A DNA stretch of 64,000 nucleotides from Victivallales bacterium (GCA_045114235.1 JBGUKB010000038.1:971-64970); one strand, 5' to 3'; positions 43,493 through 52,992 are shown, numbered from the stretch's first letter. The notes: generated from the sequence alone by a model not told the origin. A program made the numbers and translations.

Positions 43493-44061
43493 AGCATTCT
43501 TCCTTTCATGAATGCGGTTAAATTTGCTTCTTCAAACCCCTTTTTGACGCGGGCGAGGAGTCCGGCGCGCCAGTGGTCTTCGGAGATTTCGGGGAGACCC
43601 TTGGAAAGCGCCCCGGTCAGGATCGTGTTCGCGAGGCGGGCGTTGCCCAGCTCCAGCGCGAGCGCGTTGCAGTCCATGTACACGAGGCGCGGGAAGACGG
43701 CGTGGAGGCGGTCCTCCACGTCGGCAGGGTAGACGCAGGCGCCGTTGGTCACGGTGACCGGGATCACGCTCGATTTCGCGACGACGGCGAGCCCGTCCGG
43801 CTTCAGCCAGTGGGCGTAGCGGATCGCCTCGATGTGCTCCATGGCGGCGATCACGTCGATGCCGCCGGAGACCGCCAGCGGGGCGAACGAACCTTCGCCA
43901 TAGCGGACCTGGGCGGTCACGCTGCCGCCGCGCTGCGCCATGCCGTGGATCTCGTTGGTCGTGACGTTGTATCCGGCGGCTTCGGCGGCGGACGCGATGA
44001 TGCCCGCCGCGAACAGGATGCCCTGTCCGCCCACGCCGGTCAGCAGGATGCTTTTGATCAT
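43477..44061 (-). CDS. iorB: Indolepyruvate:ferredoxin oxidoreductase beta subunit
   Basis: MIKSILLTGVGGQGILFAAGIIASAA...HGMAQRGGSV matches the gamma/IorB pattern. ATG at 44061. It overlaps the paaK start by 16 nt. Confidence 0.85.
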   Translation of the reverse strand: MIKSILLTGVGGQGILFAAGIIASAAEAAGYNVTTNEIHGMAQRGGSVTAQVRYGEGSFAPLAVSGGIDVIAAMEHIEAIRYAHWLKPDGLAVVAKSSVIPVTVTNGACVYPADVEDRLHAVFPRLVYMDCNALALELGNARLANTILTGALSKGLPEISEDHWRAGLLARVKKGFEEANLTAFMKGRMLCSDI

Positions 44062-44142
44062 GATTGCTGTACAGCTCCTTCTGTGCTGAATGCGGAAAGA
44101 ATGTCTCCGCTTTGAGTCGGTTTTATCATAAAACAAAATTCT

Positions 44143-44171
44143 AATATAGCATAAACGCTTCCAAAAATCAA
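44143..44171 (-). promoter_or_regulatory. Promoter TTGATT-17-TATATT for the iorB operon
   Basis: On the minus strand the -35 lies at 44171-44166 and the -10 at 44148-44143 (calibrated against the ORF-track frame). Confidence 0.5.
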
Positions 44172-44191
44172 GCAGTGTGCGCGCGTGAATA

Positions 44192-44224
44192 CAAAAAAAC
44201 ACGAAGACGGTCCGAAAACCGTCT
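44192..44224 (-). terminator. Rho-independent terminator after the GH43 gene
   Basis: The AGACGGU-UUUCGG-ACCGUCU hairpin (44205-44224) is followed by UCGUGUUUUUUUGU on the minus strand. Confidence 0.65.
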
Positions 44225-44257
44225 CCGTGCGGAGATTTGCTGAATTGTGTCGCCCGA

Positions 44258-45358
44258 TCAGTATTTCTCGAGGCCGCAGTATTTGGCGAAAGCTTCGGCC
44301 TCGTCCTTGGTCAGCATGATGACCGCGCCGTGCTTGGCTCCGGTGAAATTCGTGGTCTTCATGACGCCCTGGTTGAAGCGGCCGAGGTTCGTGAACTCGC
44401 GGAAGTCCGTGGTCTCGCTGAACGCCATTTCGTTGGGGAACGAGTAGTTGTCGAACATGAGGACGTACTTGTCGGTGCCGATGCGGCGCCACACGTTCGG
44501 GGCCTCGACCGCGCCGCCTGTCTTCGCGCAGTTCTCGTCGTTCACGTACTTGTAGCCGTAGAGCAGGTGGTCGGATTCGGCGTGCTTGATGCCGCTGTCG
44601 TAGTCGAAAAGGTGGTACTTGCCGTTCCCGTAGGAGAGATCGCCGTCGATGTAGGAGTGGTCGCCGAGGTCCGGGTCGAACCCGAGGAGCTTCGGCACGG
44701 TGACGAGCTGCGTGAAATCCTTATCCGTGTAGGAATAGTAGAGCTGCTTCACCTCGCCGCCCTTCAGACCGAGCGTGAAGTAGACGAAAATCCTGTCCGT
44801 TTCCGGGTCGTAGGCGGTCTCCGGCGCCCACGCCTGGCTGATGTCGCCGAGCTCGGGGAACGCCTCCGCGACGTCGAAGTGCGTGCTGGTCCAGTTGATG
44901 AGGTCTTTCGACTTCATGAGCACGAGGCTGCGGTTGTTGCCCCAGCCGTATTTCTGCGCGTCGCGCTGCCACTGGGTGGAGCGCAGCCCCTGGCGCTGGG
45001 CGTAGATGTGCAGGTCGGTCGCCGCCATGTAGAAGCCGTCCGGGCCGCGGAAGATGTGCGGATCGCGGATGCCTTTCTGTTCGGCGAGGTCGATGCCGAG
45101 GAGCACGGGCTTGTTGCCGTTCACGTCGGTGAACGTGTAGCCGTCGCTGCTGAGCGCGAAGAAGATGTCGTGGTACTGTTCGCGGAACGAGACCATCAGG
45201 TACGCGCCGAAGTTGTCCTCCGTGACTTCCGGGATGCGGTCGTCGCCGCCCGAGGCGCAGCTGGCGCAGGAGGACGCGGACAGGGAGAGGAATGCGGCCG
45301 CGGAGGCGACCGCGAGCGAGGCGAGGAGACGGCGGAAAAGGCTGCCTGTTGATTTCAT
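44258..45358 (-). CDS. GH43-family glycoside hydrolase lipoprotein
   Basis: A signal peptide plus lipobox (AAFLSLSASSC) is present. Five-bladed propeller motifs are IRDPHIFRGPDG, WAPETAYDP and VEAPNVWR. Confidence 0.75.
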   Translation of the reverse strand: MKSTGSLFRRLLASLAVASAAAFLSLSASSCASCASGGDDRIPEVTEDNFGAYLMVSFREQYHDIFFALSSDGYTFTDVNGNKPVLLGIDLAEQKGIRDPHIFRGPDGFYMAATDLHIYAQRQGLRSTQWQRDAQKYGWGNNRSLVLMKSKDLINWTSTHFDVAEAFPELGDISQAWAPETAYDPETDRIFVYFTLGLKGGEVKQLYYSYTDKDFTQLVTVPKLLGFDPDLGDHSYIDGDLSYGNGKYHLFDYDSGIKHAESDHLLYGYKYVNDENCAKTGGAVEAPNVWRRIGTDKYVLMFDNYSFPNEMAFSETTDFREFTNLGRFNQGVMKTTNFTGAKHGAVIMLTKDEAEAFAKYCGLEKY

Positions 45359-45424
45359 GGGCGGGATTCCTTTGTTATGTGAGACGGTTCGTTTGAGGCG
45401 GGGTAGGGGATGCGCGATTGTTTG

Positions 45425-46165
45425 TCAGAGGCGGAAAAGCCCGTACTGGAGGATGCAGCGGAGCGCGGAGACGCCGTCTTTCCAGTTGATCTTCTTGCCT
45501 TCCTCGTAGCTCCGGGGGGCGTAGGAGACCGGGACCTGCCAGGCGCGCGGATGCAGACGGGCGATCTTGAGCGTGAATTCCGGCTCGAAGCCGAAGCGTT
45601 TTTCATTCAGCTGGATCTTCTGCAGGAGCTCGCGGCGGACCATCTTGTAGCAGCACTCCATGTCGGAGAGCGCGAGGTTGGAGAAGATGTTGCAGAAGAC
45701 GGTGAGGAACTCGTTGATCTTCGAGTGCCCGTAGAGCATGACTTGCTGGGACCCGGTCCGCGTAATGGAGGTGCGCGCACCGAAGACGACGTCCGCCTTG
45801 TCGTCGAAGATGGGCTGAAGGACGGACGGGAGTTCCTTCGGGTTGTACTCGAAATCCGCATCCTGCACGCAGACGACGTCACCGGTCGCCATGGCGAATC
45901 CGGTATGGAGCGCCGCGCCCTTGCCGCCGTTGACTTCATGGCGTTTGATCTTGAATCCGCGCGCTTCCCACGCCTGAAGGCGTTCCCAGGTCTTGTCCGT
46001 GGAGTGGTCGTCGACGGCGATGTATTCCAGCTCGACGCCTTCCTGAAAGCGAACGGCGCAGACCCGTTCGAGGATCTCGTCGATGTATCGTTCCTCGTTG
46101 TAGACGGGGATCACGATCGAAAGTTTGAGTTTGTCCGGCATAGGATATCCGATGTTGAAACGCAT
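45425..46165 (-). CDS. GT2 glycosyltransferase (polyprenol-phosphate sugar transferase-like)
   Basis: The motifs are LSIVIPVYNEERYI, AVDDHSTD and QDADFEY. An alternative start is the ATG at 46141 (MPDKLKL). Confidence 0.8.
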   Translation of the reverse strand: MRFNIGYPMPDKLKLSIVIPVYNEERYIDEILERVCAVRFQEGVELEYIAVDDHSTDKTWERLQAWEARGFKIKRHEVNGGKGAALHTGFAMATGDVVCVQDADFEYNPKELPSVLQPIFDDKADVVFGARTSITRTGSQQVMLYGHSKINEFLTVFCNIFSNLALSDMECCYKMVRRELLQKIQLNEKRFGFEPEFTLKIARLHPRAWQVPVSYAPRSYEEGKKINWKDGVSALRCILQYGLFRL

Positions 46166-46370
46166 CCGCTGGCCGGTTCGCCGGCGGCGCGGGATGTTCT
46201 TTTATTGGTTTTTACGCTAAATAAGATATGCCGGGAACGCGTTTTTTTCAAGTCCCGGAGACTTTTTTTTGAAAAAGCGCTTGCATTTCTCCGGTTTCAG
46301 GGTTAAATTCTTTTGTGCATATTTATCTCCAAATGTTATATGAACCGGTCATTTGAAAGGTTTTTTCGAC

Positions 46371-47018
46371 ATGAAACATCTCTTTTTTGCCGTTGTTCTT
46401 CTCGGTTTCCTTTGCTCCTGCGCCCATGACACGGAACCGAAGCCGTTGTACGCCAGCCGGTTCTATACGGAGAAGGACGCGGCTGTCCCGAACGGCTGGC
46501 GCTATGTCGAGGACGGTTTCTATTCTGCGCCACTGGCGTTCGACGTGTCGCCGTACCGCGGCCTGGACGAGAGCAGCGACAAGTATGACGAACGCGCCAA
46601 CCTTTTCACCGTGAGGACCGGAGAGCATCCGACCATATACGATTACTGCGGTTTTTATGACGTGGAGGATGACTCCGTCATCGACGTCGTCGCGAACGCC
46701 TTTGGACAGGGGTCGTTCTCGCTCGGCGTGGCGTTCTACGATGCGGATCAGAATATCCTCGGCGAACGTCATCAGGGGTTCAATATCCTGCCCGTCAGCG
46801 GCGACCGGCCGTTCAAGAACTACCGCTTCCGCCTGTATTTCCTTGCCAACGAGAACAGAAAGGCGCGGTTCGTCCGCCTCATGTTCATCGTCGATCCGTC
46901 CTCCACGCTCACGCTGCGGGATATTTCGCTCAATGTCACGCCGTACGACGTCGACCGGATGGACAGCAACTACATCAAGTTCAAGGAACAGGAAGCGAAG
47001 CAGAACCGCCGGAAATGA
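46371..47018 (+). CDS. Hypothetical lipoprotein
   Basis: The signal plus lipobox is MKHLFFAVVLLGFLCSC. No family was recognised. The track start at 46353 is a TTG; the ATG at 46371 has GAAAGG upstream. Confidence 0.6.
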   Translation: MKHLFFAVVLLGFLCSCAHDTEPKPLYASRFYTEKDAAVPNGWRYVEDGFYSAPLAFDVSPYRGLDESSDKYDERANLFTVRTGEHPTIYDYCGFYDVEDDSVIDVVANAFGQGSFSLGVAFYDADQNILGERHQGFNILPVSGDRPFKNYRFRLYFLANENRKARFVRLMFIVDPSSTLTLRDISLNVTPYDVDRMDSNYIKFKEQEAKQNRRK

Positions 47019-47046
47019 CCCGGCATTTCTGAGCTGAAAACGATTC

Positions 47047-47074
47047 GGCGGAGTCCCCGGACCCCGCCTTTTTT
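47047..47074 (+). terminator. Rho-independent terminator after the lipoprotein gene
   Basis: A GGCGG...CCGCC hairpin is followed by TTTTTTGT. Confidence 0.55.
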
Positions 47075-47154
47075 GTCTCGGGGCGGCGAATCAGGCTGTC
47101 CTGTCCTTTCGCGGAAAAACGTCCCGATTTATTTATGAAGTCGGCTTGGCATAT

Positions 47155-47183
47155 TTGACAAAACGCATATGCGCATATATATT
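47155..47183 (+). promoter_or_regulatory. Promoter TTGACA-17-TATATT upstream of the PAS/GAF kinase
   Basis: TTGACA lies at 47155-47160 and TATATT at 47178-47183. This predicts a 5' UTR of about 165 nt. Confidence 0.55.
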
Positions 47184-47356
47184 AGAACAAACAAACAAAA
47201 CATTACCGGAACCGGGATGGGATCCGGCTTGCCTTCGTCTCGGAAGGCAGGCGCGGGACCGGTCCTGTTGTTCCGGGAACCCATCCGGATTCGTTGTCAA
47301 GCTCATTTCGAAATCAACGTCCTATCAGACGCGAATCCGGCGAAAGGCGGAAATTG

Positions 47357-50300
47357 ATGCACAAACTTCGTTCCAAATTCAGGAATAGACTGTTCATCCT
47401 GTCATCCTGTCTTCTGACCCTGCTTCTGCTCAGCTTCCTCTTCTTCAACCTGAACAGGCTGAACCGCAACATGGACGAAACGAAGCGGACCCACGATTAT
47501 CTTCAGGACTGCGACGAGGCGGGCGACCTGATCCGCCAGGGGTCGGATATCCTGACCTCCTCTGTGGAGCGTTATGTCATCACGGGCAATCCGGTGTTCC
47601 GGGACCGGTATTTCCATGAAGCGAAGCACGATAAAAACCGTGAAGCCGGGCTGGAAAAGGTCAGGGATTTCCCGAACGCCGAAACGCTTCGCAAGGATTT
47701 GAACGAAGCCATGCGGTACTCCGTGGAGCTGATGTCGCTGGAGTACCACGCCATGCGCCTGGTCTCCTCGGACGCGGACCTCGCATCGCCCGATTGCCCG
47801 CCGGAAATCCGCGACTACGTGCTGACGGGAGAGGAGAAAGCCGCCTCGCCGGATGCCAGGAAGGAAATGGCGCGCGACATCATATTCGGCCTGAACTACC
47901 TCACGTACAAGGATCACATCTATTCCTCCATCGAACGCAGCCTGGAAGACGCCGGAGTCTTCCTGAACCAGTACCGTACCAGCCTCACGGACCGGTACAA
48001 AGTCCTGTACTTTTACCAGCTTTGCACCTATGCCGGGTTCTTCCTGGTCCTGATCGCGTTCGTGACCTTCCTCCTCCGCCAGCGCGGACGTGCGAACGCG
48101 TTCCTCCGCAAAGTCCTCGACAACATCCCGATGCTGATCTCCATCAAGGACGCCCGCTCCGAGCGTTATGTGGACTGCAACATGGCGTTCGCCCGCTATG
48201 CGTACCGGGACTCGGTCGCCGATGTGATCGGCAGTTCGGACGCCCAGATATTCGACGAGGCGACGGCGAACCATTTCGTGGAAAACGACCGGAAAACGCT
48301 CGCCGGCGACGTCACCACTTCTTTCTTCGAAAATGCGCTCGACGCCCACGGCAAGCCATGCAGTTTCCTGACGACCAAGCTCAAGATCTCGGACATGGAC
48401 GGCAATACATGCCTGTTCGGAATGTCCCAGGACGTGACGGAGGCGATGGAACGCCAGCGCAGCAACGAGGCGATCGCGGAGGCGCTGCTCGCCCTTCAGT
48501 CCTACGACGCCGTTTCCCATCCTCAAAAAGTCATCGAGGTCATCCGCAAGCGCCTCAACGCGGATTTCTGCCATCTGATCCGGTTCGACGAGGCGTTGAA
48601 CGAAGCCGTCGTCGAGCCCGACTGCCACGCGCACCTGGATCCCGCGACCCCGTGCGAGCTCGTCGTGGCCCCCCTGAACGATTTCCGCTACTTCACCAGG
48701 CACTCCGCGCCGCTGGAGCCGTTCGAGATCGAAGAAAGGGCTCCCCTCGAAATCCTGCGCATGTACGCCGTGCTGGACGCGCAGACCGGCGAATGGCAGC
48801 CGACCACTGCGTATTCCATGCCCGTGAACCGCCAGGGGACGCTGTTCGGCACGCTGGCGATCGGCTACGCGATGCGCCGCACGCTCTCCCCGTTCGAAAA
48901 GGAATTCATCGAAACGAGCGTGAAGATCCTGGAGAACGCGCTGGAACGCCAGAAGACATACAGCGACCTGAGCGCGGCGAACGCCCGCATCAACCGCGAA
49001 TACGATTTCGTGAACAACATCTTCGACATCATGCCCATCCCCTGCGTCATCAAGGACGTCGACAACGACTACCGGTGCATGCGCTGCAACGAGGCGTACT
49101 CCAGGCTCTTCCAAAAGCAGCACGACGAGGTCATCGCCCTGAACAGTGCCGACCTTTTCTCGCCGGAAATCGCGCAGCGGCTCCGTGCCGCCGACCAGAA
49201 GGCGGTACGCGAAAACAAGATGATCTTCGAGGAACTCGTCTGCACGTTCCCGGACGGGGTGAAGCACACGTTCCTTTACCGCCGCGGCCCGATGACGCTC
49301 CCGGACGGACGCCTGGTGCTTTTCTGCGTGGCGGAAGACATCACGGAGCTCCGCCGCCAGACCGACAAGGTGCTGCAGATCAACGAAAAGCTTCAGGGCG
49401 AATACCAGCGGGCCGTCAACGCCGAGGAGGCGGAGACCTTTTTCGCGAAGTCGCTCAAATCCATTCTCGCCATGCCGCCCGGCCAGGACGCCATCATCCC
49501 CAGCATCGAGGAAGTCGGCAAATACATCGGCGCCGACCGCTGTTTCATCTACTACCGGATCAGGGACGACGAGGGAAATTCCGGCTGGGAGCTCACCTAC
49601 GAATGGTGCGGCGAGGGGATCGAAAAGAAATTCAAGGCGCGGACGGACGTCGACATGTTCCCGGATGTGTGCGAGGCGCTGGAACACGGCGAGGATTTCC
49701 TTGCCACAGACATCCGGTCGATCCATCCGGTCACATGCGCCTGGCTTCAGGCGCAGAAGGTCCAGTCGATCATCATGACGCCGCTCCGCGATGAAAACGG
49801 AGAAGTCTTCGGATTCATCGGGTTCGATTTCGTCCTCCATGCCCAGGAGCAATTCTCCGAACGCATCATCCGAAGCGTGCACGAGGCCGCGGACGTGATC
49901 CTGATCTGCCGCGAACGTAACAAGCGCCAGGCGACCATGTTCAAGGCGGTCGCGGAGGAAAAGCTCCGCTCCGAGATCTTCGAGAGCGCCGCCATCCCGC
50001 TCCTGCTCTTCAAGCCGGACGGGACCGTAGTCACCGTGAACTCCGCCGCGCTCAAGACGTTCGGCGGTACCCCATCCGAAGTCATCGGTCGCAACTGCCA
50101 TGATTTCGTCTGCCATTGCGAGGTCAGGCCGGAGGAATGCCCCCTGCGCCACCCGGAACGCAGCTCGCAGGAATTCATGCTGCATCGCCGCGACGGGCAG
50201 TATTTCGCGATCAAGACGCAGACGATCCGCGACGACCACGGCGATCCGCTGTACATCCTCGAATGCGCGGTCGACATGACCGAGACGCACGAACTGCATG

Positions 50301-52090
50301 AAAATGCCGAAGCCATCGCGCAGTCGCTCCTGGCGCTCCAGTCCAAGAACGTCATTTCCAGCCCGATTCAGGTGCTGAACATCATCCGCAGGCGCCTCGG
50401 CGCGAACACCGTGTACCTGGCGCAGTACGACCGGAAGGCCGGGATCGCTTTCCTGAACCCGGAATACACCCTGCTGGACAACGGGGAAAGGCTTTCGGGA
50501 CGCGCCGAAGCCGGACTCGACGATCTCGCGCCGCACCTCGACCGCCTGAAAGACGAGGGCATCTGCGAGTTCGAGGGAAGCAGCCGGCTGCTGATCCGCA
50601 ACGCCTATGCGAAACGTTCGCCCGGCATCAATATTCCGACGAGCGAGATCATCGTCATGGTGCCGCTCGAGGTCAGGGGGGAAAGCTGGGGCAACCTCAG
50701 CATCACCTATGCGAAGCGCAGGCACCTCGGCGAGCGCGACAAGGATTTCTTCATCCGCTGCCGCGAAGTCCTGGAAGCCGCGCTGGAACGCAAGCTCAAC
50801 GACGACGACCTCCACGCCGCGCTGGACAAGGAGATCGCCGCGGAAAAGGCCAAGAGCTTCTTCTTCTCCTCGGTCAGCCACGACATCCGCACTCCGCTCA
50901 ATGCCATCATCGGCTTCTCCGAGCTGCTCATCAGCGGCATCATGGACGAACAGGAACGCTCCAAAGCGCTGTCGGCGATCTCCACCAGCGGACAGACGCT
51001 GCTCCAGCTCATCAACGACGTCCTCGACCTCTCCAAGCTCGAGTCCGACAGGATGACCATCCATCCCGTCCTCACCGACGTCCGCGAGCTCGCGTCTTCG
51101 GTGCTTCATACGTTCGACGTGTCCGTCATGAACAAACCCGTCATGCTCAAGGAGGAATTCGGCCCCCTGCCGTTCCTCGAAGTCGACCCGCAGCGCATCC
51201 GCCAGATCCTCTTCAACCTCATCGGCAACGCCGTCAAGTATACGAAACAGGGCGAAATATGCCTCCGGGCTTCGTTCCGGCAGGAAATCGGAGACGAAAA
51301 CGGCGTCCTCGTCATTTCCGTCAGCGACACCGGTTGCGGCATCGCCGACGAGGACAAGGAAAAGCTCGTCAATCCTTTCGTCAAGGCTGGCGTCGATGCC
51401 AAGATCAAGGGGACCGGGCTCGGCCTCGCCATCTGCAAGCAGCTTGCGACCAGGATGGGCGGGCATTTCTCGTTCGTTTCCGAACTCGGCAAGGGCTCCA
51501 CGTTCGCGCTCGAGCTCCGCGACGTCAGGAGCGTGGAGCGGACCCCGGAGACCCGGAAGAAAGTCGCCTCCGGGCAGGAGCTGATCCGCCTGAAGATGGA
51601 ACGCGAATCCATCGGCAAAACGGTCGCCGCCGTTCAGGCGGAGCCTGCCGCCGGCCGCAAGGCCGGGAAGGGAGACGGGGCAAAAGAATCCGCTGCGGCC
51701 GTTGCAGCCGTTCCCGCCTCCAAGCTCAAGAAGCCGTTCCGCGTCCTGATCGCGGACGATGTCAAACTGAACCTCTCGGTCCTGAAGGCGCTCCTCAAAA
51801 AGATCGGCGTGAACGATGTCGAGGCCGCCGTCAACGGCTCCGACGCATGGGACAAGCTCCAGGCGTCGGAAAAGCCATTCGACATCGTCCTGACCGATAT
51901 CTGGATGCCGGAAATGGACGGAAAGGAATTCGTCGCCAAAGTCCGCGCCGACAAACGGTTCGCCGGTCTTCCCGTCTATGCCGTCACCGCCGACATCGAG
52001 GAACAGAAGATGTTTGTCGAACACGGTTTCACGGGGATCTTCCTGAAGCCCCTGACCATTGACAAACTGTCGGGAGTATTCATCGGATGA
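47357..52090 (+). CDS. Large hybrid sensor histidine kinase (helical extracytoplasmic sensor, three PAS-GAF modules, HisKA-HATPase-REC)
   Basis: 1577 aa from the ATG at 47357. Two TM segments flank a helical sensor domain of about 190 aa. The PAS-like blocks end in ...DVTE, ...DITE and ...DMTE. HisKA reads FFFSSVSHDIRTPLNAIIGFSELL, the HATPase motif is GTGLGLAIC, and REC reads VLIADDVKLN...DIWMPEMDG. Confidence 0.9.
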   Translation: MHKLRSKFRNRLFILSSCLLTLLLLSFLFFNLNRLNRNMDETKRTHDYLQDCDEAGDLIRQGSDILTSSVERYVITGNPVFRDRYFHEAKHDKNREAGLEKVRDFPNAETLRKDLNEAMRYSVELMSLEYHAMRLVSSDADLASPDCPPEIRDYVLTGEEKAASPDARKEMARDIIFGLNYLTYKDHIYSSIERSLEDAGVFLNQYRTSLTDRYKVLYFYQLCTYAGFFLVLIAFVTFLLRQRGRANAFLRKVLDNIPMLISIKDARSERYVDCNMAFARYAYRDSVADVIGSSDAQIFDEATANHFVENDRKTLAGDVTTSFFENALDAHGKPCSFLTTKLKISDMDGNTCLFGMSQDVTEAMERQRSNEAIAEALLALQSYDAVSHPQKVIEVIRKRLNADFCHLIRFDEALNEAVVEPDCHAHLDPATPCELVVAPLNDFRYFTRHSAPLEPFEIEERAPLEILRMYAVLDAQTGEWQPTTAYSMPVNRQGTLFGTLAIGYAMRRTLSPFEKEFIETSVKILENALERQKTYSDLSAANARINREYDFVNNIFDIMPIPCVIKDVDNDYRCMRCNEAYSRLFQKQHDEVIALNSADLFSPEIAQRLRAADQKAVRENKMIFEELVCTFPDGVKHTFLYRRGPMTLPDGRLVLFCVAEDITELRRQTDKVLQINEKLQGEYQRAVNAEEAETFFAKSLKSILAMPPGQDAIIPSIEEVGKYIGADRCFIYYRIRDDEGNSGWELTYEWCGEGIEKKFKARTDVDMFPDVCEALEHGEDFLATDIRSIHPVTCAWLQAQKVQSIIMTPLRDENGEVFGFIGFDFVLHAQEQFSERIIRSVHEAADVILICRERNKRQATMFKAVAEEKLRSEIFESAAIPLLLFKPDGTVVTVNSAALKTFGGTPSEVIGRNCHDFVCHCEVRPEECPLRHPERSSQEFMLHRRDGQYFAIKTQTIRDDHGDPLYILECAVDMTETHELHENAEAIAQSLLALQSKNVISSPIQVLNIIRRRLGANTVYLAQYDRKAGIAFLNPEYTLLDNGERLSGRAEAGLDDLAPHLDRLKDEGICEFEGSSRLLIRNAYAKRSPGINIPTSEIIVMVPLEVRGESWGNLSITYAKRRHLGERDKDFFIRCREVLEAALERKLNDDDLHAALDKEIAAEKAKSFFFSSVSHDIRTPLNAIIGFSELLISGIMDEQERSKALSAISTSGQTLLQLINDVLDLSKLESDRMTIHPVLTDVRELASSVLHTFDVSVMNKPVMLKEEFGPLPFLEVDPQRIRQILFNLIGNAVKYTKQGEICLRASFRQEIGDENGVLVISVSDTGCGIADEDKEKLVNPFVKAGVDAKIKGTGLGLAICKQLATRMGGHFSFVSELGKGSTFALELRDVRSVERTPETRKKVASGQELIRLKMERESIGKTVAAVQAEPAAGRKAGKGDGAKESAAAVAAVPASKLKKPFRVLIADDVKLNLSVLKALLKKIGVNDVEAAVNGSDAWDKLQASEKPFDIVLTDIWMPEMDGKEFVAKVRADKRFAGLPVYAVTADIEEQKMFVEHGFTGIFLKPLTIDKLSGVFIG

Positions 52091-52181
52091 TCCTGCCTGG
52101 ATCTTCGCGCGAAGGATGACAGCCAGGTCCGGACACGATTACGATTCCGTTCATTGCCACCGGACGGGGAAAGGTTTTCGC

Positions 52182-52985
52182 ATGAAAGATTTCTTGAACT
52201 CGTTTTCAGCTCGCGGGAGATTCGCACCCGTGAAACGATGCCTGCGCCTGTTCGCCGTGGCGGCCGCCGTGCTCGCCGTGTCGGCGTGCCGGACGGACGA
52301 CTGCTGCGCGGATTCGACGCCGCCGGGGTTCGTGCATGTGGCGGAAGCCGTCCCGGACGCGATCCTGGAGGTCCGCTACTACTCCACCTACAATTTCATC
52401 GGCGACCGCATCCGCGGCTATGAACGCCCGGCTCCCTTGCTCACCGCCGAGGCCGCCGAAGCGCTGAAGGCCGTGAGCGACGAGCTGATCCCGCTGGGCT
52501 ACCGCCTCAAGATATACGACGCCTACCGTCCGCAGCGTGCCGTCGACCACTTCGTGGAATGGTCGCACAGAGCGGACGACACGCGGATGAAACGGTATTT
52601 CTATCCCGACCTCGACAAGACCGTCCTCTTCCCGCAGGGGTACATCGCCGCGAAGTCGGGGCACAGCCGCGGCAGCACCGTGGACCTGACGCTGTTCGAC
52701 ATGAACACGGAAAAGGAAGTCGACATGGGCGGCACGTTCGACTGGTTCGGGCGGGAAAGCCACCCCGACTGGGGCGGGGATCCCGAGACGCGGAAGTTCA
52801 CGGGGGAATTCCCCGCCGGCACGCCCGCCGGACGCAGGATCAGCGAATCACAGTTCGCGAACCGCATGCTGCTCCGTTCGGCCATGCTGAAACACGGGTT
52901 CAAACCCGTTGACACGGAGTGGTGGCACTTCACGCTCGAAAACGAGCCGTACCCGGACACCTATTTCGACTATCCGGTCAAGTGA
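52182..52985 (+). CDS. D-alanyl-D-alanine dipeptidase (VanX/DdpX, peptidase M15D) with a lipoprotein signal
   Basis: The motifs are SGHSRGSTVDLTL and EWWHF. The N-terminal LFAVAAAVLAVSAC is a lipobox. ATG at 52182. Confidence 0.8.
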   Translation: MKDFLNSFSARGRFAPVKRCLRLFAVAAAVLAVSACRTDDCCADSTPPGFVHVAEAVPDAILEVRYYSTYNFIGDRIRGYERPAPLLTAEAAEALKAVSDELIPLGYRLKIYDAYRPQRAVDHFVEWSHRADDTRMKRYFYPDLDKTVLFPQGYIAAKSGHSRGSTVDLTLFDMNTEKEVDMGGTFDWFGRESHPDWGGDPETRKFTGEFPAGTPAGRRISESQFANRMLLRSAMLKHGFKPVDTEWWHFTLENEPYPDTYFDYPVK

Positions 52986-52992
52986 GGAGGAA

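Noticed and set aside
47402-52024. 1540-aa minus-strand ORF opposite the large hybrid kinase
   Set aside because: It is the antisense shadow of a gene with clear PAS/HisKA/HATPase/REC motifs. Its composition is low-information (G/A/R/D/V/E) and no domains are recognisable.
52091-52181. Hairpin CCTGG-ATCTTCGCGCGAAGGAT-...-CCAGG after the large kinase, considered as a terminator
   Set aside because: No T-tract follows it. The downstream VanX-like gene may be co-transcribed.
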